A DNA stretch of 63,829 nt, filler included, from Octopus bimaculoides (lineage: Eukaryota): NCBI RefSeq assembly GCF_001194135.2. It is 6 parts of 6 records of this genome, joined end to end, with 100 filler letters (N's around TTAATTAATTAA, not from the genome) between each part and the next. Parts side by side here need not be neighbours in the genome. Positions count along the whole stretch, not along the records: positions 1 to 25,555 come from NC_068997.1; 5 more parts are not named here. One strand, written 5' to 3'. The notes beneath the pieces are model-generated. The model had not been told where the DNA came from. It ran no database searches and worked only from the letters and a program-made list of their open reading frames with translations. Both the position numbers and the translations under genes were made by a program. Below, piece by piece: positions 1 to 13,539 of this stretch (positions are counted from its first letter, which is position 1; every line of letters begins with the position of its first letter).

Positions 1-201
1 TCTGTGTGATCTCAAATTTTAAAACAAACACATTATTTTCTTATGGTTTCTTAAACATTCACTAGAACAAAACTGTACAAATCCAAATGTATGGTACCCT
101 AGGCATAACACCTACATGAACTTCTAACTTGTTGTCTCCTGAGGTCTCTGGGTGAGACTTGGATCCAACTTGTACAAACGCAAAACAAAAGTCAAACATA
201 A

Positions 202-245
<44 letters not shown>
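1..245 (+). mobile_element. Probable 3' end of a Dong/R4-type LINE terminating in (AAT)n
   Basis: Non-coding stretch ending in caaaacaaaagtcaaacataaatt followed by an (AAT)n run; family assignment is from recall only. Confidence 0.4.
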
Positions 246-247
<2 letters not shown>

Positions 248-1032
248 GACTTTCCCATCGAAGACAACGTATGAACGTTCTGCTTTTTGCCGAACGACTT
301 GCACAAATGAATTGTTTATAGTGATCAAATGTTCGTGCAGCACGTATCGATGGCAAATTGAAAGTTAAGTGCGTGGTGAAACACACAATGAATGATTGTG
401 TACACAGTTCAAGATTCAGCAATTCATACTGTATTGTGCTTAAATAACTGTATTTGACATTTAAGTCATGAATACAATAACTGTTATTTTATCATGTATC
501 TGAAGCCTCTTAAGAAAGTGCATTTGTCAATTCCTTCAAATTCGTATTTATTTATCTCTAGCTACAATCCAAAAGCATATTTGGGAAATTCTATTTGGTG
601 TGGGCTGTAGCTTTGCAGGGGCATCGCTTTCATGGTTTTAGTCGAACAAATCGAACCCAGTACTTACATTTTTAAAGTCTAGAACTTCTTTCATGAATCT
701 CTTTTGCCGAATCGTTACGTAAACAAACGAACACCAGCTGTCAAGCAATGGTGGGAGACAAATATGACACAAATACAAAGGCACACACACACACACAAAC
801 AAACAAACATACACTGACAGGCTTCTTTCAGTTTCTGTCTATCAAATCCACTCACAAGAGTGCCGAGTGCCGCAGTACCACGCATTGCGACTGAACTTAA
901 GACCGTATGATGGGGAAGCAAGCTTGTTACCCACACAACCACACGAGTCTTTAGTAAAAATTATATTCAGTAAACGATGTAGTAAAAAAACTAATAATGT
1001 ACCAAACATTTTCAGTGTTCAAAGAATTTTAC

Positions 1033-1148
1033 CTTATAACCTGTAACAGGACTTTCGGCAATACCAAATCCTATTCCACGGAATTTTACTGCAACACTTG
1101 AACTGTCTTTTGAATAAATGGTGACTTCAGTAGGGAAATTTAAGGGCG
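1033..1148 (-). CDS. CNTN: Contactin-like protein, internal exon (last FN3 repeat, first half); gene continues left of the window
   Basis: catgcag acceptor and gtaaaa donor; 116 nt, phase 1/0; (A)PLNFPTEVTIYSKDSSSVAVKFRGIGFGIAESPVTGYK. Confidence 0.88.
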
Positions 1149-1432
1149 CTGCATGTTAATAAAAATGAAAAGAAAAATATGAAAAACAAAAATTAAAATG
1201 AATTTTCAGTTGCATATATGACTAAAATTTTTCTTTCCAAAATTCAAGAAAACCAACCGTTATACTTCTACCTGTTGTTCAGCATCGCTAATCACTTTTT
1301 AAATCTGGAGATCCAGTTAGCATATGAAGAAGTAATGTGGAAAAAGAAAGAACAAAATATATCTGAATAATTCGATATTTATCATTTTTCTCTGAAAGTT
1401 GAAGAAAATAATAGCAAGATTTTCAAATTTAC

Positions 1433-1619
1433 CATCCATTCCTGTTGAACCAAGATATTTTTCACTGAGAGGACCAAGACCAGCAGTGTTAAACACCTGA
1501 ACTGTTACCCAATAGTATCCATTTGGAAAGAGCCCAATTATGATTGCTTCACTGATTTCACCATAGAATGATTGCGAGTAACGTATAGGATCTTCAACAT
1601 CATTGTTTTCCCAATTTAT
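1433..1619 (-). CDS. CNTN: Contactin-like protein, internal exon (FN3 repeat, second half)
   Basis: caaacag acceptor and gtaaat donor; 187 nt, phase 0/1; INWENNDVEDPIRYSQSFYGEISEAIIIGLFPNGYYWVTVQVFNTAGLGPLSEKYLGSTGMD. Confidence 0.9.
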
Positions 1620-2408
1620 CTGTTTGAAAACAATTCACAAGACATAGATACAGTAAAAGATAAATTTTAGGGTTTCCTTTCGGGAATTATGTATACGTTT
1701 TAAAAATGCGGCATCATGTGGTTATAATCTAATTTAAAGTATATTCTTTATTCTATTAAAATGTTAACTATATTTCTAGTGAAAGTATATTGATTTCAAA
1801 TCATGGAGCACAGCCAACGATTTGGGGGAAGAGGTGAGTCGATTACATCGACCTAGTATTCATGTAGTACTTATATTATCGACCCCGAAAAGACGAAAGT
1901 CAACCTCAGCGGAATTTGAACTTAAAATGTGAAGACGGACAAAATTCTATTAAACCTTTTTTTGCCCGGCGCGCTAACGATTCTGCCTGCTCACCGACTT
2001 TTTATTAAAAATATATTATCAGTAAGAATACTAAATGTTTAAAAATGTTGTCAGCTATTTACTTCTTAACCAATATATTTATTACAATTATACTAAAAGT
2101 ATGTAGAATTTCATAGCCTTTATTGAAAATTGATTACTCTTTTATATCAGAGAAATTGTATAGAGCATTTTTGTCTTTTAAAATTAAGGAAAGATAATCG
2201 TTTCTAATATGGATACAAGGTCACATTTTGGAGGATTGTATAGCTACTTCATTGGTACATATTTTATCAATCCTTGAAAAAAAAAAAATGAAATCTAAAG
2301 TCGTTCCTTATAGTATTGCTAAGGTTAACAATGGTGTATGCTTGAGACTGCTTTCTGAAAGAAATACTAAAAACTTCAAAATACGGATAATATTCCTCAA
2401 TTAGTTAC

Positions 2409-2530
2409 CTGATATCCTAATATTTTCCCTCTCATAGTTGGGCGATCATTTACAGGTGGTGTCCATGTGACTATGATAGCTGTTGCGTTATAAGTGTCAG
2501 CAAAAACATCGATGGGAACAGCGCGAGGCA
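2409..2530 (-). CDS. CNTN: Contactin-like protein, internal exon (next FN3 repeat, first half)
   Basis: ctttcag acceptor and gtaac donor; 122 nt, phase 1/0; (L)PRAVPIDVFADTYNATAIIVTWTPPVNDRPTMRGKILGYQ. Confidence 0.9.
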
Positions 2531-2665
2531 CTGAAAGATAATATATTCATGTAATTAATTAATGTTACATGACTAGCAGTAGCTTAAAAACAATTTAGTC
2601 TCAACAACATTATGATTATCTAGCGGGCATAGGAAAGAATATTGTATAAATGTTTTGAAACTTAC

Positions 2666-2810
2666 AGTCTTCGGCTGAGTAAATACTCGATATAGTGGAA
2701 TTAGGACCCAAGCCTTCGTTATTAAACGCTTGCACTTTGACTTCGTAGAGTGTGTAATAATTAAGCCCAGACAAAGCGTAATATTCACTTGCTTGTCCTG
2801 TCATTACATG
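2666..2810 (-). CDS. CNTN: Contactin-like protein, internal exon (FN3 repeat end)
   Basis: tatttcag acceptor and gtaag donor; 145 nt, phase 0/1; HVMTGQASEYYALSGLNYYTLYEVKVQAFNNEGLGPNSTISSIYSAED contains the YEVKVQAxN..GxGP..IxSAED signature of invertebrate contactins. Confidence 0.9.
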
Positions 2811-3774
2811 CTGAAATAGAAATGTTGATGTTTTGGTTAAGAATATCTTGCAATATCATAATTTTCATTCAACATATATTATGCAGAAATAACTCTCCTC
2901 TTGGGTCGGCATTTCTATATCTTTTAACTTTTACTCGTTACAGTCATTAGACAGCGGTCATACTGGAGCATCGCATTGAAGAATTTTAGTCGAACGAATC
3001 GACCCCAGTACTTAATTTTTTAAAGATTGGTACTTATTCTACCTGTCTCTTTTTCGGAACGCTTAGTTACGGAGACGCAAACACACCAACACCGGTAGTC
3101 AAGCAGTGGTGGGAACATAGACACAAAGACGCACACACACATACACACACACACCATGCACAAATACACACAGATAGATAGATAAATATACGACGGGCTT
3201 CTTTCAGTTTTCATCTATCAAATCTACTCGCAAGGCTTTGGTTGGTCCGAGGTTATAGTAGAAGACACTTGCCTAAGGTGCCACACTGTGGGACTGAACA
3301 CACGCACAGTCACAGATATCCTCATACATTCTCTCATTGGGTAGCTGTTTCAGTTCGGACATGCTCTCGCAAACTAGTGTGTTGATATCTTTTTACAAAT
3401 GAAAATTGGCTGCTAATTTTATGTTGATCATCGATGTGAAAGGACTGTACGTAAAAAGCCATGATGTGCATCATACCATACAGTGAAAATGATTCTAGTA
3501 ATTCAGTTGGATCTTGAATATTTTTTAAGTAAAAGTTATTCGTTGTTAGTTAATCACTATATAAAAAGTTCTGCTTTGATATAAATTTTGAAAAATTAGT
3601 GAAGTGTTATTGCTGTATAGTAAGGAAATGTACATGAGTAAGCAAGCACGCGCATGCGCGCACAGACTCACACGTATATATGTGAAATTTAGGGGAAGAA
3701 ATGACAACACACGAATTTTTTAATTTTACGAAATTAAAAAAAAATTCTCCATAATTCTATTGAAACTGTAATAT

Positions 3775-4625
3775 CAATATAATCTCGATGATATTGTGTA
3801 AGGACAATTGACCAAACTATAAGATGTCCTTACACATCGCTGATAACAATGTGCTTCATATTGTGTCCGTCTTTTGCATTTGTGACTGAATGTTTTGATT
3901 ATGTAATTTTTAAATTTCATCACCTTGGAGGTCTTCTGAGTGGTTCTTCCCATCTCTTGGATACCAATTAACAACTGCACGGTTCCACTTCTTATTTGTT
4001 CTTGCGTCTTGTCCATTCGGTATCCCATGATTACATCATTCACTCTGTTCTCGAATTATTTCATTTCGAATTTGAAACGATGTTCCAAGCATGTATTTTT
4101 TCTTGGCCCTTTGTGTGGTGGTCGATCGATTTTTTTTCTTTCGTAGTAGTCCATGTCTCACTTCTATAGAAGCGCAGGTAGGACGGTGCCATTAAAGATG
4201 TTGGTGCACAATGGTTTGAGCACATCTTTAGTCGAGGAAAATACCTCCTGCCCTGCTTTTATGCGGCGCGAGATTTTAGCGTATATTTACTGCCCATCCC
4301 GAGTAAATGTACTCCCTCGCCTCCCCAGTTTCATCCCTTTTCACCACTATTCAGCCTTATGCTATCTTTTCGGACTGCATATATTCTGTTTTCATTTGAT
4401 TTATTTTGACACCTTTTGCAGGGTATTTAGCTAGTCAGCTTGATTAACAACATGTCTGAGGTTTTTGCGATGTTGTCTGCGAATCAGAAATGTATTAGTA
4501 AGTCGCCGTTGATGTTAATACTAATAAACCTCCGATTCGCCGGTCAATGTCTCTGATGACCATTTGAAGTAGTTTGGTATTGAGTTTTGGAGAGGTGGAA
4601 TTTCCTTACCTGACGCACTTTCCAG
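3775..4625 (-). mobile_element. RTE-clade LINE, decayed RT and C-terminal part
   Basis: Frameshifted motifs VRQG..SPKL, INING..L.H..FADN, IFNGTVLPALL.(G)SETW, WNRAVVNWYPRDGK. Confidence 0.8.
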
Positions 4626-4627
4626 AG

Positions 4628-5140
4628 ATGTGACAGTTAAGATCAAATGTAACGAGATAGGACTCATCAAGAAATGTGATAGGGAAGGACCAAATGCAAA
4701 ATATATAGACGGAAGTGTTATGAGACTGGGAAAGGTAGAGGCTGCCAGAGCAAGAGGTAGCGTAAGTTTCATCGTAAGCAAAGAATGGGCGTGGAAATTC
4801 GTATCTTGCAATTTTTCTTCATCATGCGTCGAGGTGATAAATGTTCGCTTCTCAGGATCATCCCCACTTATGCTATCTCTATAACAGCAAGGATGATAAA
4901 GTGGAAGAGTTCTATCAAGATCTAAAAAAAGTGCTAGTTCACAAATCTATTTGTACCGTCGTGATGGACGATTTCAACGTAATGTTTGGCAACGTATGAC
5001 GGAGAGAAACGCGGTGGGTATTTTCGATTGGAAAAGAGAAATTAAAGAAGCAAGAAAACTTTACTTCCAGGAACAGCCTATTCCGGAAAAAAATCCAGAG
5101 AAGGACCTGGAGAGGCTGCAAAGTGTGTTTAAGTTCACCC
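4628..5140 (+). mobile_element. RTE-clade LINE, decayed AP-endonuclease part, inverted relative to the adjacent RT piece
   Basis: IKCNEIGL...DGSVMRLG...RGSVSFIVSKEW and DDKVEEFYQDL...VVMDDFN. Confidence 0.78.
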
Positions 5141-5989
5141 TGGATATTTTGAAGCTAATGGTGAGTATTTATTTCTTAAATGCAACGAATTAATTGTAAA
5201 TGTTAAGCATGAATAAAAATTAACGTTTAATAAAAGTGATTAGCATTTCATTAGAGATACTTCTTTCCTCCCATTTCCTTCTACGTCTTTCCCTGGTCTC
5301 TCAACTAAAATACTGTCTTCTATGTTTTTTTTCTTCTCTTATCCTATCAACTACTAACATCCGAAATTACGTCCATACTCGACTAATATGTAATTACCTA
5401 TCTTATATTTTTCTGGAATACCTACTTCATAGTAAAACAATGTCTTGTATTGGCATATAAACTCTATTATTTACCAAACTGAAACATCGACATGACTACT
5501 TCACATATTACTCAAAAACTGCCGAATACTGTATTCTCGATACCTCCACTAATGTTCATTATATCTTTGTAAACCCTGTGGCTAATATCCCTGGTATAGT
5601 CCTACTTACATGATCATCTTCTAACTGTTATTTTTGTATGGTCCTACTTACATGATCACTTTCTACTGTTATTTTTGGACTTATACATTCAGTCATTGCC
5701 CAATGAATCCAATCTATAACTTTGAATAGAAGATTATATGTAATACTTTAGACCTCTTCTCACTTTAATTTTCAATTTTTGAAATTTTATTATGACTTAT
5801 TTGATTTTATTGGCTTATTTACTTTCATGTTCAGTATAATATCAATATAGAATTCCTTGTTGTTTTCTCTTCTTTTCTCTCTGCTCCCTCTGCCTGTAGT
5901 ATTCAACCAAATACAAACAAATGCGTGTGTAAGACTATGTCTATTTATAAATATTTGTATCTAGGTTGATACTGCACTATGATTAACAA

Positions 5990-7480
5990 TCTGGAATTCT
6001 TACATGGGCTAGTACACCAGAAATTAGATATCAATATGGCCAAATTCTTTGACTAGTGATATTGGTATTAGGTATTTTCTCTACGTATTCGTTTACGCCT
6101 TTTGATATCATTCTAAGTGTTCCAATAATAGTAGGAAATGTTGCTTTGAGATGTCACATACATCAGATTTCTATCTCGAAGTCATTATATTTGCTTAGCT
6201 TTTTAAACGTATTCAGAGATGTGCTTTTTGTCTGCTGGGGAGGCAATACCTATTAAAAGATACGTCTTTTCAACATGATTTTTTACATTTTCTGGTCGGT
6301 TGGCTGAGTTTCCCGATCGGTTTGTACATTGAAATTCTATAAGCATTCTGGGCACAACTTGTGATTGTATATGTTCCCACCATTCTCTTTGTAAGGAAGG
6401 TCGTATGTCCAGCATGTTGACTTGTGTGTGTACTGAACGGCTCCATTAAGTATTTGCAAATACTCTGTTGACACCAGTCGGATGCATCCAGAGATTATAT
6501 GGTCAATTGTCTTGGATGTTCTTCGTATTTGTCGTACAATGGGCTGCTTTCATGTTTCAGAATATTACACTGGTAATCTATAGTTGGAAGGCATTTATCC
6601 TGAGCAAAAACAGTATACCCTTATTATCTGTCATGAGACCAGAACATTCCAGCCACTGATGAGTAAGAATTTGGTCTATATCAGGGCTTCTATTCCTAAT
6701 CGGGTATTTGCTAGGCAGTAATTTTTGCTTCTATTTCTCCTTAGTGTATCGGAAGATGGTTTGTTTGGCTATAATCTTTATTTTTGGTTTGCCTTTTCAA
6801 ATGGAGTCAGATTTGGTTCGGGTACTGGTTCATCTAGCTGCATTTCCTGGAGTTATATTATCGCATTTTCGTCACTGGGTGCAGCGTTTTAGTATCTTTA
6901 TATTTCCGAACCAGATTTAACTACCAGCCGCTTGCTTGTTGCAAATAGGCAGTAAGTCCCATGGTTGTAATTTTCAATGAAAGTTGCGATTGTATTAATA
7001 TTGATATTAACATTATTATTGTCAATGACATTAATAGTATCATTAATACTTTGTCTTTTGGAATTAATTGATATTAGAACTCTCACGACTTATTCTCTTG
7101 TACATCCAAATCGTAAATGAGTTTATTTCCAGGTTAATTTATTATTCGACAAGTTAATAGAAAAAAATTGACTTAATACGGATAATTTTTCAAATCTAAC
7201 TTGTTACAGCCAAATGAGAAAAGGAAGGTAGTTCTTCAAAATTTTCTCAGCAAGGAATCATATTTCATATCTTGCTTTAGTATGGATTGTTTTTCTTTGG
7301 AAGTTTAATTCAATTTATTGTCATTTTCTTTTTCTTTATGGTTAAAGTTTATTTATTGCCTGAGTGTTTAGCTGGCCATACATTTATTTACTTTTATATT
7401 GATCTTTTTATTGATCTTCCTCTTCATTTGATATTTGTTCCACTGTAGTTTCGCATATCTTTTTATCTTTCTCGCTTTCT
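5990..7480 (-). mobile_element. Dong/R4-clade non-LTR retrotransposon, decayed 3' portion (zinc knuckle and restriction-like endonuclease)
   Basis: TIDHIISGCIRLVSTEYL (about 6450-6510), ANRPENVKNHVEKTYLLIGIASPAD (RPD-like motif), TLRMISKGVNEYVEKIP, MYGQL near 7380. Confidence 0.75.
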
Positions 7481-8469
7481 TTCGATGGTATTTTTTCTAC
7501 GGTTTTATATAATTTTTTAAAAATCCTGTCTTTTATATATATATTCAGGAGAATAGAACCAAGTTGTTACGTAACCACTTGAAGCGCATGTATTAAATGT
7601 ATTCGAAATATCAGGAATACTTATTGCGAGGTATTCTATCAGACTTACTACGTTTTCAGTTTGAATTTAGGTGTGAGGGAATATACTTCAGGTATATTTT
7701 CTGAATTGAAGAAAAGTAAGTCACAAGAAAAAGTAATCGAAAAACTTCACTAAATGACAAATGTAGTGTTTTTGTTTCATAGATTTATACTTTAAGTAAA
7801 ATAGGATGGTTTTACATATGTCGATACTTGTGTATAAGGTGTGCTTCCATAACGTACAAATCTTCTAAGTGGAGGCAGCCGCCAGTCTTGCAGAGAATGG
7901 AGAGCGTCTATGGTAGAGGAGAATTAAAGAAAAGATGCCGAATATTAGTTTCAAATTTTGGCAGAAAGCCGGCAACTTCGGGCAAAGGGTTAAGTCGATT
8001 ACATCGACCCCAGTACTCAACTAGTACATATTTTATCGACCCCTAAAGGATGAAAGGAAAAGTCGATCTCGACGGCATTTGAACTCAGAACGGAATGACG
8101 GGTGACTTGCTGCTAAGCATTTTGCCCAGCGTGCTAAAGATTTTGCCAGCTCACCGCTTTAAAGGTGCCAAATATTAGAATTTATTTGCGTAAATGCTGC
8201 ATGTCACTTTCTACGAGAAGACAACTTTCTTTTGATAGATTTTGTTCTCTACTTTTTAAATCCCGTGATTCATGCTGTTTTCATAGCGTCATATTGTCAA
8301 AGTCTTTTCCACATGGCGGAGATGATGTTGGCAGCTTTCATGTAACACTTTTGTACATAATTGTATCGTAGGCACGGACGATCTTTGCTCCTCGATCCAC
8401 ATACCAGTTACTCATATACATACTGGAAGCTAAACACATCACTCCTGGCGTGCAAAGCCTACAGTAACC

Positions 8470-11225
8470 GGATTAGAGTATTAGTGAAAAGGGCGTTAAC
8501 AGGAGGCATTATCAATAACAACTGGTAGTATGCCCTAAAAATAGCCATCAAATTTGAGTCATGTAGATACAGCAAATTTTTAGCATTAGAAAAAGATAGA
8601 ATGGAAAGGGACTTAGTTAGCACACTAGAAGAGGCACTAAAATCCGGAAATGCTTCTAACGTACTGTCCGCGTGATTGGCCCTAGACCAACACCTCAATG
8701 CCAATCTCGAAGGTTGCCTTGTCAGAGCTAAGTTATGTGCTATGAGACAAGAGGGAATCAATGCTGCGAGATGGGCCCGCGTAGTAGAGACCCAACGTGG
8801 CAATAAAGCCGCCATACGGTCTTTGGTCGACCAAAATGGATGCACGGTTTACGAACCCAACAAAATGTGTAAGGTCATTCACCAGCACTTCGCTCAGCTG
8901 TTCGGGACGAGCGGTGGGATTGCGAGATGGACTTCTCGGATGGAATTCTCGTCTGCTGCGACTTTCAGACGAGAGGAGGTGGAGTATTGTGAAGGGCCGA
9001 TTACAGCTTTGGAGGTGGAAGAGGCCCTATCGGGCTGCGTTGGGGGCAAGTCGTTGGGTCTAGATGGTCTTCCCTTCAAGTTCTATTATAATATCCCAGA
9101 CTTATTCGGGAACCTACTGGCAAATATCTACGCCAACTGGCAACAGAATAGGAGCATTCCTAGCTCTGTGAGCCGGAGGACCGTGGTGCTGCTAAGAAAA
9201 AACCCAAACGAAGATGACGTTATAGATAACTTTAGGCCCATCACTCTGATTATTGCAGAGCTGAAGATTTTGGCCAAGGTGCTAGGCAAGAGGTTGGCGC
9301 TTGTCGTCGACAAACTGGTTGGGAAGGCGCAAACATGCGCCATTCCATACAGAACAATCCACGACAACCTCCACCTCACACGCTACACTGTAGACAGGGT
9401 GGTTAATACTCCTAGCATAGGAGGGACACTGATACATTTAGATCAGTCTAAATCATTCGACAAAGTTGACCATGGCTATCTGGCGGCAGTCTTCGAAGCG
9501 GCCGGGTTTGGCCCGGACTTCCGGGGTTGGATCACCGCCTTATGCGGAAACATTAAATCGGTAGTTCGGATGAACGGTCATCTTTCAAAGCCGTTAAGCA
9601 TCGTACGTTCGGTCTAACAAGGATGTCCCCTATCCTCCCTTCTGTAAGTTCTGGCCCTTAAGCCATTACTGCAGAAATTAGAGGCCTTGAGGGGTGTCCC
9701 GCGTCATCCAGGGTGCGAGAGAACAGTAACAGGGTGTGCGGACGACATCACCATCATTGTATCCTCTGACTGACACCTGCATCTAGTAGGTGATGCCATT
9801 GGGTAGTACGAAGAAGTACCAGAGGCAAAAATAAACCGTGATAAGTTGGTCGGCCTGCAGCTCGGCACTTGGAGTGGCAAGTCGGTGCCACCCAACAACA
9901 TCGTAGGACGTTGGACAGATGGCCCGGTGAAATTGCTTGGAGTCTGGTTCGGTTCAGATCTCCAAATAGAGACAAACTGGGGTGAGGTTACAAGCAGGAT
10001 GGCCAGTCTCACCCAGAAATAGGCCGAGAGGAAGCTGGCCCTGAAAGGAAGGGTGGAGGTAGCGAATGTATTCATCACATCCGTCGTGCCTTGCCCAGAT
10101 TCGTGTCTCGTCAAGCTAGAGCGCCTGCTTTTACGCTTTTTGTGGAGAGATAGAGGTCCACTGCTCAGACATGCTATTTGCTGTCAACTATCGCTAGGCA
10201 TGCCTTGGCTGAAAATGTGCAGACATGCACTAAGGCTAAGACATCTCCAGCTCTACCTAGACGGTGAACAGGTGTGGTCGCCCTTCGTGAAACTCGTCTT
10301 CCCACAGTTCAACTCATTTAATGAACTGAACGTGTGGATCAAACGTAGACCTAGGCTGGGTGCTTGGCAAGCTGAGTGCTGTCTGGCTCTCTCGTTTCTC
10401 TGCCGAACGGGCAATGTGAGCGGTGGGGGCTCCACCTCGTCCTTTTACAGAGGGTTGGTGGCTGGTAAGTGCGACGATGTCCTGGGGGAGACTCTGGGTT
10501 TCGATGACGATCAATTCACCAGTCTGTTCCGGAGGACTTTGGGCGTGGGCTCATGGATAACTACCAGATTTCCTGGCCTAGCAGTGCTACCGAGGAGCTC
10601 TGCCTGTTCGCGATAAACTCTTCAGACACAGATGTGCAGACACACGAACATGTCCGAGATACGAACAGACCAACGAAACTGTTCTGCACGCTATCATACA
10701 GTGTCTGTTGATTTCGGATATATGGGCTTACGTTGCGTCTGGGAGGAGTACAGTTGTCCCACCTCCTTCCCTTAGCAGGGAAAGGCAGGCAACTTTTCTC
10801 TGCTTGGTGGCTATAGCGAAAGAGGTCGTGTGGTTGACGAGAATGAAAGGAATTAAGACGGCCAAGGTTTATTAAATCATTTTTCTTACCATCTCAAGAG
10901 AAAAATAAAGTTAGAGATGTTACCGCCGCGTGTGTTCAGGACTAGATGGATGCAAGTGGCGCTATCGTTGAGCATGAATGTGGCCAACTTGAGCGTACTA
11001 CCGTAGTCTCCTGTGCGGGAGCAGTGCTGGGTCGTGGCTTGTGGGGTCTCCATACCCAACATTTCATCTTGTTGTCTCATTATTATGCCATTTCTAATTT
11101 TTGTTTTGTTATTTCTTTTCATATTGTTCTTCCATCCGTCCATTCCACTCTGTTGTAGACCCATAATTGTTCTTGTCTGTCCGGTTTTGGACCTCTATGT
11201 CGGCCGTAGTGGCTAATAAAGAATT
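8470..11225 (+). mobile_element. Tx1/L1-clade LINE, 5'-truncated and inactivated ORF2
   Basis: ORF 8676-9617 with GKSLGLDG, FRPITL and DQSKSFDKV; continues past stops as QGCPLSSLL, CADDITI and CPRYEQTNETVLHAIIQC (zinc knuckle); AATAAA-containing tail near 11215. Confidence 0.9.
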
Positions 11226-12149
11226 AAATTTCTTACCGAACATCCACACACATGATTTGTTTATAGTGATCAAATGTTTGTGTAGACATAAGCTCACTCC
11301 CTCCATCAGATTGACATTACCTGTACAGGTGCAACTGGGTGCCACATGTCAGATGTCGAAATGATCGCAGAGCAACGGGAAATGTCAGGTGTCTCCTCTT
11401 GTTCTGTTTTGTGCATTCTATATATTCTATATATTTATAACTAGCGGGTCTTTTAGAATATGTCCATCAGCCATGCGATACTGTCAGTTACTAAGTGGCC
11501 TTAACTATTTTATACTTAACTATTATTTAGGATATTGAGGTTAAATGCAATGTTTTTCCTGTGACTTTTCTTTGCTAAGATTGCGACATTTTTCGGTGAC
11601 ATTTTTTTGCTTACCATTTTTTCTCTGTCAACAACAGATGAAAAACTGGAAACATTTGATATAAATTATTAATTGTAAATAGTTGTAGCATAATTGGAAA
11701 TAGACAACTGCAGGGCGAAATGACTTGCGATGGGATTGTGACACAATATTCACAGACAGTGAAGAGAGAAAAGAAAGAGCAAAGATGGTAACCCACCTTT
11801 CAAAAGATGCACAAAAGTTTGTTGCGTTAGTTTAATATCTGCTGCTTAAAAACTATCGCAGATCGTATTACAAGGCATTCTTACCATGTTGGTGAAAACT
11901 GAAACCGCTGTTGACTGTTTCAGAATCGTTGAGAGTCCTGTCTGTTAAAGTAAAGAGCCAGTAAATTGAATCTCAATCTCAACTAGAATACGAACACAAA
12001 TCACGGAGAAAACTCAAGTGATAAATAATATTAATAGAGCATATATCATATGCCTTTTACTCTTTGCACACAGGCTTAAATATGGATATATGTATCTATA
12101 TTTTTCATGAATATATGAGTATTTATGCATGTATATATATATATTTGTG

Positions 12150-12372
12150 TGGAGGCGCGTGGCTTGGTGGTTAGGGTGTCAGTATCACGATCATAAGATT
12201 GTGGTTTCGATTCCTGGACCGGGCGACTTCATTTCACGTTGCTCCAGACTACTCAGCTGGCAAAAATGAGTAACGCTGCGATGGACTGGCGTCCCGTCCA
12301 GATGGGGAACACATACGCCATTGAAACCGGAAAACCGGGTCCATGAACCTTGCTAGGCTTTAAAAGGGCGCA
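12150..12372 (+). mobile_element. tRNA-derived SINE
   Basis: ggaggcgcgtggcttggtggttagg (A box) and ggtttcgattcc (B box), then a gatggactggcgtcccgtccag core; a related copy lies on the minus strand at about 36940-37190. Confidence 0.8.
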
Positions 12373-12993
12373 TGTATTTATATTATTATTATATATATCT
12401 TTGTATGCATTTTATGCTCACAGATATATGTGCTTATATATATATATATAGGTCAAAGGAAGATAGTTACTGAACTGTAAGAAATTATATATATATATAT
12501 ATATATATGTGTATATATAACATAGCGGTTCGGCCAAAGAGACCGATAGAATAAGTACTCGGCTTATAAATAATAAGTCCTAGGTTCGATTTGTTCAACT
12601 AAAGGCAGTGCTCCAGCATGGCCGCTGACAAATGACTGAAACAAGAAAAAGAGAATATATATATATATATCAAGATTGATCAAAGGACATACTAAGTATG
12701 TCTACCTACTGGAAATAACAGTCAAAACTCTTATCAAAATCACCAAAGTACATTGATCTGATAATAACTACAGAAATCAACTACCCGAAGTCAAACGGGC
12801 CAAGACAAACTCTCAGCATACATTCAAATATATGGACTAACGTGGACCGGTTTCTGGACTGGCGTAATAGCCTAACCTTCTTCAGCGGCGTTACCATGAT
12901 AGAGAGCCCCAACCCATCGTGTTGAAGTCTGCGCTGCAACTGATTCGTTTTGTGCAGAAATCATGGCAGCCACCAGTGTGAAAATAATTTCAA

Positions 12994-13523
12994 TACGGAG
13001 CAAATGATTCCCGAGAAAAATCATTCACGAAAAAATAATTTGTGAAGATATCATTGACACTGTTATTATCTAGTGTAACAATCTAAAAATGATAATAAAA
13101 GAATCAATAATATAGGCGATTGCAGGCCCCAAAAGAACATTAAATAGCTGAAGGAATAAAATTTATCACAGGACATACGAAGTATGTCTACCTGCTGGAA
13201 ATAACAATCAAAACTCTTATTTAAGTCGCCTAAAAACACTGATGATAACTACAGAAACCAACCTCGGACGGTTGATTTCTGTAGCTATTATCAGTGTATT
13301 ATGGCGATTTAAATAAAAGTTTTGACTGTTATTTCCAGTAGGTAGACATACTTAGTATGCCCTTTGATTAATTTAAATCCTTCAGCTATTTAATGCTTTT
13401 TTGGACCTGATTCTGTTATTTTCACTTTTAAATTGTTACACTAGATAATAACAGAGTCAAGGATATCTTAGCAAATATTATTTTTTCGTGAATTGATTTT
13501 TTCCGTGAATTATTTACTCCATA
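12994..13523. mobile_element. About 530-bp foldback (MITE-like) element
   Basis: 12994-13262 is the diverged reverse complement of 13270-13523 (centre accaacc-tcggac-ggttgat); TA-rich flanks; a third partial arm at about 12670-12790. Confidence 0.75.
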
Positions 13524-13539
13524 TATATATATACTATTT

